NCBI GenBank assembly: GCA_965231125.1
Contig: OZ246414.1
Coordinates: 512,137 to 576,136 of the forward strand
Source of the DNA: an uncultured Gammaproteobacteria bacterium
GTDB lineage: Bacteria > Patescibacteriota > Microgenomatia > Woykebacterales > RBG-16-39-9b
Length of the DNA: 64,000 bases
Direction of reading: 5' to 3'
Each line of letters begins with the position of its first letter. Position 1 is the stretch's first letter. Positions 53,710 to 62,289 of this stretch are shown piece after piece. Below the pieces are notes generated by a model. The model worked only from the letters and a program-made list of their open reading frames with translations. It was not told the origin of the DNA and did not search any database. The position numbers were made by a program, and so were the translations under genes.

Positions 53710-54114
53710 ATGGTAGTGAAAAAACTTGCCAAATCTGCAGTCGTGTCCTTTGCTTCGTTTCTAATCGTTGCCTATTACTATCCAGGATTTAGGTTTGAAA
53801 GGCCCCAAGTACTGGTTGTCTCCGCTGCCTTTTTCGCCGTTCTTACCTTGATAGTAAAACCAATCTTAAAAATATTTTCCCTGCCTCTAAATTTGTTTAC
53901 CTTCGGGCTTTTTAGTTTTTTTAGCGGGGCAATTGTTATTTATCTTGATACTGTGCTGGTGCAGGGTTTTGCCGTGGTTGGTTACGCCTTTCAAGGCTTC
54001 CAAATTAGCGGTTTTACATTACCAGCCGCCGAGCTTACGCCAATTTTCTCCGCTGTGGTCGCTTCCGTTTTAATTAGTTGGCTAAACACCGCTCTTCGCT
54101 GGCTATTTCACTAA
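53710..54114 (+). CDS. Phage_holin_4_2/YvlD-like 4-TM membrane protein
   Basis: PGFRFERPQVLVVSAAFFAVLTLIVKPILKIFSLPLNLFTFGLFSFF...GF pattern typical of the YvlD/DUF360 family. Confidence 0.5.
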   Translation: MVVKKLAKSAVVSFASFLIVAYYYPGFRFERPQVLVVSAAFFAVLTLIVKPILKIFSLPLNLFTFGLFSFFSGAIVIYLDTVLVQGFAVVGYAFQGFQISGFTLPAAELTPIFSAVVASVLISWLNTALRWLFH

Positions 54115-54124
54115 TTTACACTTT

Positions 54125-54361
54125 GTGGTAAAATCTTTTCCCGTGATACGAAATGTTTTGCTTGTTTTAACAATTGTGGACGCTATCGCTTTAGCTAGCG
54201 TAATCTTGTTTCAAAGAAAAGGTGCTGGTGTTGGCTCTGTTTTTGGTGGTGGTTCTGAATCTTACCGAAGCTTGCGGGGTGCTGAAAAATTCCTTCACTA
54301 CGCAACCATAGTTTTAGCCTTTTTATTCGCTGCTTTATCCTTCACATTGCTGGTTATCTAG
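54125..54361 (+). CDS. secG: Preprotein translocase subunit SecG
   Basis: Two TM with the QRKGAGVGSVFGGGSE loop, the SecG signature. Confidence 0.7.
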   Translation: MVKSFPVIRNVLLVLTIVDAIALASVILFQRKGAGVGSVFGGGSESYRSLRGAEKFLHYATIVLAFLFAALSFTLLVI

Positions 54362-54364
54362 TCA

Positions 54365-56032
54365 ATGATTAAGAATCTAAGATTCTATTACCGTCTCATC
54401 GCGCTTCTAATTACTAAGAAATTTCGTCAAATAATAATTTGGGCAGGAGTTGCTTTGCTTGCGGTACTTGTGCTTAAACTTTTAATCTTTAGATTCTTAC
54501 CTGGATTTATTAACAAAATTTCATATCAAGTTGCCAGGCCACATTACTACGAAGGTATTGTCGGAACTATTAAGACTCTAAATCCAGTGTACGAGAAAAC
54601 CCAGGCCGAAAAGGAAGTTGATTCTTTAATATTCAGAGGACTGACAAAATTGGATGCAGACGGAAACGTAACTGCCGATCTTGCTCAAAGCTTTACACGC
54701 ACATCAAAAACTTCCTACGTATTTAACCTACGAAAGGACCAATATTGGCAGGATGGGCAAAAAATAACCGCCGCTGATGTAATTTATACAATTGGACTGA
54801 CGCAGAGAGGCTCGCCAGAATCACCTTACGCCGAGAACTTTAAAGATGTGCGGGTAAAAAAAATCGATGACTACACTGTCGAGTTTGATTTAAAGGAGCC
54901 TTTTGCGCCCTTTATTTTTAACACGACTTTAGGAATAATGCCTAAACATATACCCTTGTCTCATTATCGACCAGTCGGAAGCGGCGATTTTAGAGTGACT
55001 AAAGAAGTAGCCAATTTATTTACTTTAGAGTCTTCCTACGCAGTTTTTACCTTTAAAACCTATAAAACAGAGAGTGATGCAATTTTGGCTCTGAAGATGG
55101 GGGAGATCGATGCCTTAGGGGGCCTGAGTTTTTTTGACCTAAGGGGTTTGCAGTCTTGGCCTAACTTAAATATTTACGCTGCCGACTTGCGCGGTAGACA
55201 AGTAGTTCTTTTTTTCAATACGAAGAAGGACTTTTTGAAGAATAAGGACTTTAGGCAAGATTTGAGTGGAGTTACTCCACGAAAATTTGTCGCTAAGGTC
55301 CTACCCGAGTATAAGTTCAAATTTAGTGAAAATTCACTACCGCTTGGAAGCTCGGCAAAAACAAAATTTAAAAACCCCTTTACTTACAACCCTAAAAAGG
55401 CGAGGGCCGATTTCAAAACGTTAGGTTGGTCAAAGAAGGACGGTTTCCTGGAAAAAAACGGAAAAAAACTTTCGCTTAACCTGACTGCGGGTGACGATCC
55501 AGAGCTTGCCCAAGTTGCTAAGACGATCGCAAGTTCCTGGAAAGCTTTAGGTATCAACGTTCAAATACTAACCAAAAGCCAGATGGATCTTAAAGACAGT
55601 GTAATCCCCGATAGAGATTTTGAGGCTTTATTGACAGTTCAGGAGCTGAGCCTCGATCCAGATCAGTACAGTCTTTGGCACAGCTCACAAACAAACGGCT
55701 CAAATATTACAGGTCTTTCAGATCCGGCAATAGATAAAACTTTGGAAGATGGCCGGAGAACTTTCGGTACAAAGGAGAGAAAAGCAAAATACGAAATTTT
55801 TAATCGACTTTTGGCTGACGAGGCGCCAGCAGTTTTTCTCTATTATCCAAAATATTTTTGGATTGTGAATAAGAGAATCCAAGGGATAAATTTGACAAGT
55901 TTGATTGATACAGCGGATAGATTTAGAAACATTAAGGATTGGAAAATTCGACCCCAAGGATTTTCTAAGTTAGTGGCGTCTTTGTCCTTAGTCATCTACC
56001 ACCACCGCTGGAAGCTTCTTAATACAGATTAG
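54365..56032 (+). CDS. ABC transporter substrate-binding protein, family 5 (oligopeptide/nickel type), membrane-anchored
   Basis: N-terminal TM. SBP_bac_5-like blocks (FRGLTKLDADGNVTADLAQSF..., WQDGQKITAADVIYT). 555 aa. Confidence 0.7.
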   Translation: MIKNLRFYYRLIALLITKKFRQIIIWAGVALLAVLVLKLLIFRFLPGFINKISYQVARPHYYEGIVGTIKTLNPVYEKTQAEKEVDSLIFRGLTKLDADGNVTADLAQSFTRTSKTSYVFNLRKDQYWQDGQKITAADVIYTIGLTQRGSPESPYAENFKDVRVKKIDDYTVEFDLKEPFAPFIFNTTLGIMPKHIPLSHYRPVGSGDFRVTKEVANLFTLESSYAVFTFKTYKTESDAILALKMGEIDALGGLSFFDLRGLQSWPNLNIYAADLRGRQVVLFFNTKKDFLKNKDFRQDLSGVTPRKFVAKVLPEYKFKFSENSLPLGSSAKTKFKNPFTYNPKKARADFKTLGWSKKDGFLEKNGKKLSLNLTAGDDPELAQVAKTIASSWKALGINVQILTKSQMDLKDSVIPDRDFEALLTVQELSLDPDQYSLWHSSQTNGSNITGLSDPAIDKTLEDGRRTFGTKERKAKYEIFNRLLADEAPAVFLYYPKYFWIVNKRIQGINLTSLIDTADRFRNIKDWKIRPQGFSKLVASLSLVIYHHRWKLLNTD

Positions 56033-56161
56033 AAAATAAGACTGACGCCCATAGCCTGACGGCAGGCGGGCGACGTTTTCTCGCCCCGACCTTCGGCTCG
56101 AAAATAAAAGAAGAGCCCCAAGTCTGTTTCCAGAAAGGGGCTCGTGTATTTGGTTTTTTCG

Positions 56162-56575
56162 TTATACGTTAGGTAACTCCGGCAGGTCTCCAATGAGAAT
56201 GTTATTGGTACGATAGTCCAACCACCATTGCTTTCCCTTTTGGGATTCGCAAGTGCCATCCGGGCCAACCCAATTCAAAACCATAATTGCGTCCCGAAAA
56301 TGCTTCATGTGAATCCAGTGGCGGACTTGTTCGTTAAGGACTTTTCTGAACTCTGGACCTAACATCCTTGCCCACTCAACCAGTATCTCCCATAGATCCA
56401 GGGGGTTTAGGTTGTCGAAATAATACTGGTGACTTAAAGCAGCTGAAACGGCTTTATATGGAGCGTCCAAGAAACTCAATATCCATTTTGGGGTTTCCCA
56501 AGTGCTACCGGCTTCCTCCGCACGTTTCTTAGCCTCTTCTATCTCTCGCTCGATCGCTTGCTTATCCATCTCCAC
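56162..56575 (-). CDS. Hypothetical protein (137 aa)
   Basis: Clean ORF, no recognisable domain. Upstream of and divergent from the excisionase-like triplet. Confidence 0.4.
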   Translation of the reverse strand: MEMDKQAIEREIEEAKKRAEEAGSTWETPKWILSFLDAPYKAVSAALSHQYYFDNLNPLDLWEILVEWARMLGPEFRKVLNEQVRHWIHMKHFRDAIMVLNWVGPDGTCESQKGKQWWLDYRTNNILIGDLPELPNV

Positions 56576-56800
56576 CTCCCTAAGGAATATTGATCTGTCT
56601 TCGGTTTTGTGGGGATTATATCAGAAATATATTTGAGAGTCAAGACTATGGGGCTTGCGGGGAGCAAAAAGAAGCTTAGTCAGACTTACCAAAAAGTTGC
56701 GTTTTGCATTTGCACTTATATTAATGTACTATAAGTGAAACTGAAATCGGTGTTCAGCTAGGAGAGACAAAATAATCAAAGGAAAGAAAGGGGAACAACC

Positions 56801-57034
56801 TTGGAAGAGCAGTCTTCTATTTTTGACGATTGGTTTGATCTTATAGAAGCGGCTAAAGAGCTGACTATTCACCCACAATCATTGCGGAGGTTGATTAAGG
56901 AAAAGAAAATCGGGGCAACACTCTTTGCCGGTAAGTACTTAATCAATAAAGAGACGCTGTCTCGATTCAAGGCGACCTACGATCCAAGGCCGGGTCGAAA
57001 GCCTCTTAGAAGAGTAGGGGGAAGCGGTGGCTAA
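56801..57034 (+). CDS. Excisionase-family (MerR-like) HTH DNA-binding protein, paralog 1
   Basis: TTG start after GGAAAGAAAGGGG. ELTIHPQSLRRLIKEKKIGATLFAGKYLINKETLSRFK + basic tail RPGRKPLRR. Confidence 0.55.
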   Translation: MEEQSSIFDDWFDLIEAAKELTIHPQSLRRLIKEKKIGATLFAGKYLINKETLSRFKATYDPRPGRKPLRRVGGSGG

Positions 57035-57269
57035 AAACAACTCTGACAAACTGCCGCCAGAGTTTGATGACTGGTTGGGTCTTGCTGAAGTCGCTCGGGA
57101 GCTAAAGATTCACCCAATAACAGCGAGAAGGCTAATTAAGGGGGGTAAGATTCCGGGTGCGGTTCTTTTTGCGGGCAAGTACCTAATTCACCGGAACACC
57201 TTAACCGAGTTCAAGGAAAAAGGTTATAACCCAAAACCCGGGCACAAACCGACTAGGAGGTTGTTATGA
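57027..57269 (+). CDS. Excisionase-family HTH DNA-binding protein, paralog 2
   Basis: GTG start. ELKIHPITARRLIKGGKIPGAVLFAGKYLIHRNTLTEFK + basic tail. 49% identical in core to paralog 1. Confidence 0.55.
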   Translation: MAKNNSDKLPPEFDDWLGLAEVARELKIHPITARRLIKGGKIPGAVLFAGKYLIHRNTLTEFKEKGYNPKPGHKPTRRLL

Positions 57270-57541
57270 CCCATTCGATTATTGAAGTCATCGCCCCGCC
57301 TGGCTACCTGCGCACTTTTGAAGTTGCAAATCGTTTTGGTGTAACCTCAGGTACAGTATGCCGGTGGGTTAGGGATCAGAGGCTTCGAGGTAGGATCTTT
57401 CATGGTGTATACCTAGTCGAGGAAACCTCGTTCAAGGAATTTCTCAACAAAGGTTACACCAAACGTGGTAGACGAAAACCGTGGAGTTGGGTGGAAAACG
57501 CGCTCAAAGAAATTTTTCCAGAAGGGCTTGACTTTTTATAG
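57266..57541 (+). CDS. Excisionase-family HTH DNA-binding protein, paralog 3 (more diverged)
   Basis: AGGAGG SD. RFGVTSGTVCRWVRDQRLRGRIFHGVYLVEETSFKEF + basic tail. Confidence 0.5.
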   Translation: MTHSIIEVIAPPGYLRTFEVANRFGVTSGTVCRWVRDQRLRGRIFHGVYLVEETSFKEFLNKGYTKRGRRKPWSWVENALKEIFPEGLDFL

Positions 57542-57655
57542 GTCGAGCCCTTTAATTTATTTGGAATTTTAATGACACCTCATCGAAATACAAATTTAGT
57601 TGGTTACTTTGAAATTTAGGTTCACTTTTGGTATAATCACTTTGAACATCAATGT

Positions 57656-57731
57656 GCCCCAGTAGCTCAGCGGATAGAGCAGGACGGTTCTAACGTCAAG
57701 GTCGGGGGTTCGAATCCCTCCTGGGGTACCA
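57656..57731 (+). tRNA. tRNA-Arg (anticodon UCU)
   Basis: GCCCCAGUAGCUCAGCGGAUAGAGCAGGACGGUUCUAACGUCAAGGUCGGGGGUUCGAAUCCCUCCUGGGGUACCA. Cloverleaf with anticodon loop GUUCUAA. Confidence 0.85.
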
Positions 57732-57737
57732 TTTTGT

Positions 57738-57813
57738 GGGCCAGTAGCTCAATTGGCAGAGCAATTGCCTCTTAAGCAATCGGTTGAAGGTTCGAGTCCT
57801 TCCTGGCTCACCA
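57738..57813 (+). tRNA. tRNA-Lys (anticodon CUU)
   Basis: GGGCCAGUAGCUCAAUUGGCAGAGCAAUUGCCUCUUAAGCAAUCGGUUGAAGGUUCGAGUCCUUCCUGGCUCACCA. Perfect anticodon stem, loop CUCUUAA. Confidence 0.85.
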
Positions 57814-57819
57814 AGAATT
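57803..57819 (+). repeat. 17-nt direct repeat copy 1 (tRNA-Lys 3' end + 6 nt): CTGGCTCACCAAGAATT
   Basis: Exact match to copy 2 at 58245-58261. Confidence 0.8.
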
Positions 57820-57891
57820 TGTATTTCTTGGCAAAAAAAGACACCTATTTCAAGGTCGCATTAGTTTTATTCAAACAATAAACTAATGGCT

Positions 57892-58032
57892 TTAGCCTCC
57901 TATTTTAAACATCTTTGTTCCACAAACTGGGCAAGTACCTTTCAAGGCTTTTCTACCATTTTTCATGGTAACTTGCTCAGGATTTGTAACTTCTCTTTTC
58001 TGTTTACACTTTACACAATATGCTTCTGACAT
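57892..58032 (-). CDS. Small zinc-ribbon protein (46 aa; CxxC...CxxC)
   Basis: MSEAYCVKCKQKREVTNPEQVTMKNGRKALKGTCPVCGTKMFKIGG. Strong SD GGAGGTG 9 nt upstream. Lies between the two direct repeats. Not in the ORF track. Confidence 0.45.
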   Translation of the reverse strand: MSEAYCVKCKQKREVTNPEQVTMKNGRKALKGTCPVCGTKMFKIGG

Positions 58033-58244
58033 ATTTTTACTAGCACCTCCTTCCAAATTTAGTTTTTTGTTACTTATTCTATTATCTTCAATCTTTGTTC
58101 CTGTGTCAAACCTAAGTTATATTGTAAGTACCCAGTCACCTCAAAGTCAAATACGCTACTTCCTTGTAAACTAATTCGGGATACTGTATTTTTTTAAACT
58201 GAATCGACAAAATTAGATACAAATTCATTCGAATAACGTACTCT

Positions 58245-58261
58245 CTGGCTCACCAAGAATT
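58245..58261 (+). repeat. 17-nt direct repeat copy 2: CTGGCTCACCAAGAATT (att-like duplicate of tRNA-Lys 3' end)
   Basis: Exact 17/17 identity with the tRNA-Lys 3' terminus. Chance expectation is negligible. Confidence 0.8.
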
Positions 58262-58284
58262 ACTCCATGGTATAATTCCTCTCA

Positions 58285-58821
58285 ATGAAAAAACATTTCC
58301 GAAACATTGTTATTTGTGGGGATATTGGTACTGGTACCACCACGCTTGGTAAAGGTTTAGCCGTCAAACTTGGTTGGAAATTTTTATCTATCGGGGATAT
58401 TTTCCGATCCTACCACAAAGAACATAATATTCCTCTTTGGGACAAGGCGGCCATACCAGAGGCGCTTGAAAGGGAAGTAGACGCAAGCTTCATGGATAGA
58501 GTGACCAACGAAAAACACATCATTTTTGATGGGCACTACCTAGCCTGGCTAGCCCGGAATTTAGACGATGTTTACCGTATCCTTTTAATTTGTGATAAAG
58601 AAGTGGCAACGAAGAGAATTTTGAAACGCCAGCACACTCATAAAGAAACTTTAAAGGAAATTGAAGAAAGAAGAAAGCAACTTCGGGAGAAATTTAAAAA
58701 AATTTATTCAAAAGCAAATTACGAAAACCCGAAGCTTTTCCACCTTGTTCTCAATACAACCGATTCGACCCCCGAAGAAACTTTGAAAGCAGTGTTAGCT
58801 GCATTTAAAAAGAGTTGGTAG
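58285..58821 (+). CDS. Cytidylate kinase-like protein, archaeal/short type, with non-canonical Walker A (GDIGTGTTT, no Lys)
   Basis: NIVICGDIGTGTTTLGKGLAVKLGWKFLSIGDIFR...ILLICDKEVATKRILKR...IYSKANYENPKLFHLVLNTTDSTPEE collinear with ~180-aa Cmk family 2 proteins. Confidence 0.55.
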   Translation: MKKHFRNIVICGDIGTGTTTLGKGLAVKLGWKFLSIGDIFRSYHKEHNIPLWDKAAIPEALEREVDASFMDRVTNEKHIIFDGHYLAWLARNLDDVYRILLICDKEVATKRILKRQHTHKETLKEIEERRKQLREKFKKIYSKANYENPKLFHLVLNTTDSTPEETLKAVLAAFKKSW

Positions 58822-58850
58822 AGGTTGCACGCTACCAACTCTTCTCGAAG

Positions 58851-58997
58851 TTAAAAGTACAAAGTAAGTCCAGTAAAGAGAGCAGTGGCGACGCATATCA
58901 AAAACAGTACCCAAAATGCAACCGCCCAAGCGTTACCAGAGTTACATTCGTCCCAATCCCTATAAATATCAGGGCCTACGTCGTCAAGAAATGCCAT
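58851..58997 (-). CDS. Small membrane protein (48 aa), hypothetical
   Basis: MAFLDDVGPDIYRDWDECNSGNAWAVAFWVLFLICVATALFTGLTLYF. SD GGAGGTGAG 5-11 nt upstream. Not in the ORF track. Confidence 0.3.
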   Translation of the reverse strand: MAFLDDVGPDIYRDWDECNSGNAWAVAFWVLFLICVATALFTGLTLYF

Positions 58998-59127
58998 CTC
59001 TCACCTCCTAGTTTTGGATCCTTAGAAAAACGGAACCCGGACCGTTGGTGTCTTTTTAGATAATGAAGACAGTTGCAAACCGACGAGTTTGCAACGGGCG
59101 TAGTTATCGCAAGGATACTGCCTATCA

Positions 59128-59208
59128 CTTCAAAAAAGGAACGAGTAGCAGCGCGACTATATTAATCACTTTTATCATCGGGTTTATTGGATTTTCGAGA
59201 TCTTCGAA
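59128..59208 (-). pseudogene. Duplicated, synonymous-diverged 3' coding fragment of hppA (encodes ...[22 protein letters not shown])
   Basis: Compare the true hppA C-terminus ...[21 protein letters not shown]. About 75% nt identity with amino acids conserved. Bounded upstream by an in-frame TAG. Confidence 0.5.
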
Positions 59209-59330
59209 CTACCGTTCTCTGGCTCGAAAAGTCCTGCGTTCGAGCAATAACTAACGTTATTGTTCTCGAACTATGCAGGCCCAGCAGTGTCCTTTAGTAC
59301 CGATTTTATCGGGACGCAAAGACACAGCAA

Positions 59331-61346
59331 TTATCTTAAGAATGGTACGAGTAAAAGTGCTACTATATTTATCACCTTAATCATAGGGTTTATTGCCGGA
59401 CCAGCTGTGTCTTTATACGGATCTCCAACCGTGTCTCCGGTAACAGCCGCCTTGTGGGCTTCGGAGCCTTTTCCACCAAGATTACCTTCTTCGATATATT
59501 TTTTAGCATTATCCCACGCAGCTCCACCCGTAGTCATTGAGATTGCAACGAAAAGTCCAGTGACGATTGTACCGACTAGAAGACCACCCAGGGCCTCTGG
59601 TCCAAGCAGTTTGCCGACGAGTATGGGGGCAACTATGGGTATAAGAGCCGGAATTATCATTTCTCTTTGAGCAGCGGCCGTTACAATTGCCACCGCGCGA
59701 GCGTAATCTGGTTTTGTCTTACCTTCCATGATTCCTTTCATTTCCCTAAATTGACGTCGAACTTCGTTCACCACTGCCCCGGCTGCTTTACCCACCGCTT
59801 CCATTGCCAGAGCACCAAAAAGATAAGGAAGGGCCCCACCAATAAACAATCCCACAATCACTTTTGGATCGTCCAGTTTAAAAGCAATGTTTTTACCAAG
59901 GCTGTTAAGTTCTTGGGAATAGGCGGAAAAAAGCACCAAAGCGGCCAGAGCCGCACTAGCAATAGCGTAGCCTTTGGTTACTGCTTTGGTGGTGTTACCA
60001 ACTGCGTCTAGAGCGTCAGTTATCTTTCGAACTTTATCTGGTAGATTGCTCATCTCGGCAATTCCACCGGCATTGTCGGTAATGGGCCCAAAGGCGTCAA
60101 TGGCCACGATAATTCCCGTCATCGAAAGCATACTCATGGCGGCAATTGCGATTCCGTATAAGCCGGCAATGTTAAAAGCGACAAGAATCGCCCCCGCAAT
60201 TAGAATGATGGGGGCAAAAGTCGCTTTCATGGAGACAGAAAGACCGGCGATTATATTTGTAGCGTGGCCAGTTTCCGAGGCCAGCGCAATATTTTTCACC
60301 GAAGAAAACTGTTTCGAAGTATAAAATTCGGTAATAACTACCATTCCAATAGTTACAACTAAACCAATTAAGCTGGTCCAAAAAAGTTTGGTGTCGGCAG
60401 GGAAAAAATTCTTGGTTACAAAGTAAAAACCTACAGCGGCTAAGACGCCAGAAACAATCAAGCCTAAGTATAGAGCTCCCATTATACTTTTCCCGATTAG
60501 TCTAACAAAAAAAGTACCAATTACCGAGCCGACAATCGAAACCGCACCCAAAGCAAGCGGGAAGATAACCGCATTACTATTTCCTGGAAAGATTAAACTT
60601 CCCAGAAGCATCGCTGCAATTGCGGTAACTGCGTAAGTTTCGAAAAGATCGGCGGCCATACCAGCATCGTCACCAACATTATCCCCAACATTGTCAGCAA
60701 TAACTGCTGGGTTTCGGGGATCATCTTCCGGTATCCCAACTTCGATCTTGCCGACCAAATCGGCGCCAACATCGGCCCCTTTTGTGAAAATCCCCCCGCC
60801 AAGACGAGCGAAAACCGAAATAAGACTGCCACCAAATCCAAGACCAACTAAAGCTTTTATATCGCCAGTTAGGTAGTAAAATCCAGAAACCGAAAGTAGG
60901 GCCAAACCAACCACAAAGAGACCGGTTACGGCCCCTCCCTTAAAGGCGATATTTAGAGCCTGAGAAAGCCCACTTTTGGCAGCTTCAGCAGTGCGGACAT
61001 TTGCCCTAACGGCAACGTTCATTCCGATATAACCTGCTAGGGCTGAGGCGGCTGCTCCAACGCCAAAACCGACTGCCGTGGTCCCCTGACCAAGTAGAAG
61101 CCAAATTAAAAGAAAGATTATGGCTCCCACAACGGCGACAACCGAGTATTGTCGAGCCAAGTATGAAGAGGCCCCTTCTTGAATTGCGGCAGCAATCTCC
61201 AGCATTTTGCTTTCGCCCTTAGGCGCTCGTAGAACAACACCAATTAAGGCTGTTGCGTAGACAATAGCCAAAGCGCCACTGCCCATTATCCAGTAAAGTG
61301 TCTGGTTCATACTGGGTAATTTACAATAAAGATGGCAGTTTGGCAA
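59331..61346 (-). CDS. hppA: Membrane-bound H+/Na+-translocating pyrophosphatase
   Basis: [28 protein letters not shown] and [14 protein letters not shown] motifs. 671 aa, ~15 TM. Confidence 0.9.
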   Translation of the reverse strand: MPNCHLYCKLPSMNQTLYWIMGSGALAIVYATALIGVVLRAPKGESKMLEIAAAIQEGASSYLARQYSVVAVVGAIIFLLIWLLLGQGTTAVGFGVGAAASALAGYIGMNVAVRANVRTAEAAKSGLSQALNIAFKGGAVTGLFVVGLALLSVSGFYYLTGDIKALVGLGFGGSLISVFARLGGGIFTKGADVGADLVGKIEVGIPEDDPRNPAVIADNVGDNVGDDAGMAADLFETYAVTAIAAMLLGSLIFPGNSNAVIFPLALGAVSIVGSVIGTFFVRLIGKSIMGALYLGLIVSGVLAAVGFYFVTKNFFPADTKLFWTSLIGLVVTIGMVVITEFYTSKQFSSVKNIALASETGHATNIIAGLSVSMKATFAPIILIAGAILVAFNIAGLYGIAIAAMSMLSMTGIIVAIDAFGPITDNAGGIAEMSNLPDKVRKITDALDAVGNTTKAVTKGYAIASAALAALVLFSAYSQELNSLGKNIAFKLDDPKVIVGLFIGGALPYLFGALAMEAVGKAAGAVVNEVRRQFREMKGIMEGKTKPDYARAVAIVTAAAQREMIIPALIPIVAPILVGKLLGPEALGGLLVGTIVTGLFVAISMTTGGAAWDNAKKYIEEGNLGGKGSEAHKAAVTGDTVGDPYKDTAGPAINPMIKVINIVALLLVPFLR

Positions 61347-61528
61347 GGGGGGCCAAGCAAGCCTAAAGTAGTGGCTAATACACCAAAATGGGTTGACAAA
61401 ATGTAAATTTTAGTAGTAGACTGATAGTAAAGTCCATGCTGCCTCCGCGATATCTAAGATGTCTTTTTACCTAGGGGAATTTATTACTAGCTTAAATAAG
61501 GATATCAACTTCGAAAGGGGGTGAAAAA

Positions 61529-62197
61529 ATGACACTACAGGACTATATAAATCTTTCCCAGAACTCAATTAATTCCTTCTTTTCTGGTTTAGGCGGTGCC
61601 ATCACCAACATTGTATTTGCAACTATCGCTTTGATTGTTGGTGTTGTGATTGGATATATTCTAAAAAGAATTGTAGTGGAAGTACTTTCCGCCATAAATT
61701 TTGAAAAGACGGTTAGTAGTCTACCGATGTATCAGATGGTAGTTAAATCTCATGAAAGTGTGGATTTAACAACCTTTCTTGGTGAGTTGGTACGATGGAT
61801 AGCCATACTGGTCTTCTTAGTACCAGCTGTTTCTTCATTACAAGTAGCCGGAGCCGGATCCGTGGTCCCCAACGTTTTAGGTTATTTACCTAGCGTAATT
61901 TTGGCATCCCTCTACCTGCTTATTGGGTTTGTAGTTGCTTGGTTTGTCCACCGAGTGATCGAAGTGGTGGCCGTAATTGTCGGGTATAACCCGGCTCGTG
62001 TAATTGGGAATGTCTCCTTTATCGCAATCGTGGTTTTTGTATCTCTACAAGCTCTTGCCGTACTACAAGTACCGTCAGACTTGGTTAGAATTATCGTAAT
62101 TGCTTCAATAGCAGCGAGCGCCTTGGCAGTAGGTCTTGGTGGTAGAGATCAAGCAGCGGATTTGCTAAAGAGGTTCATGGACAAGGGGAATAAATAA
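61529..62197 (+). CDS. Membrane protein with repeated 'conserved TM helix' (MscS-N-terminal-like) motifs, paralog A
   Basis: Repeats LGELVRWIAILVFLVPAVSSL, LLIGFVVAWFVHRVI etc. Good SD AAAGGGGGTG. Confidence 0.5.
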   Translation: MTLQDYINLSQNSINSFFSGLGGAITNIVFATIALIVGVVIGYILKRIVVEVLSAINFEKTVSSLPMYQMVVKSHESVDLTTFLGELVRWIAILVFLVPAVSSLQVAGAGSVVPNVLGYLPSVILASLYLLIGFVVAWFVHRVIEVVAVIVGYNPARVIGNVSFIAIVVFVSLQALAVLQVPSDLVRIIVIASIAASALAVGLGGRDQAADLLKRFMDKGNK

Positions 62198-62228
62198 CGT
62201 CCTCCGATTGACACTAGTTGAAACAAAG

Positions 62229-62260
62229 CACAGACACTCTATATAATTGGAGTGTCTGTG
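62229..62260 (+). terminator. Perfect palindrome CACAGACACTC-N9-GGAGTGTCTGTG between the two paralogous membrane-protein genes (terminator and/or operator)
   Basis: 11-12 bp stem with loop TATATAATT. Followed by TGTATAATTT (TATAAT -10-like) and the SD of the next gene. Confidence 0.35.
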
Positions 62261-62289
62261 TGTATAATTTAGAAAAGGAGGTGACAGAG

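Noticed and set aside
59260-60876. Plus-strand ORFs 59260-59670, 59667-60011, 59974-60324, 60691-60876 and 58815-59254
   Set aside because: Antisense to hppA, or spanning the repeat/pseudo-fragment region. The apparent repeated peptide motif (GTSxSATIxITxIIGFI) is the antisense image of the duplicated hppA 3' end.
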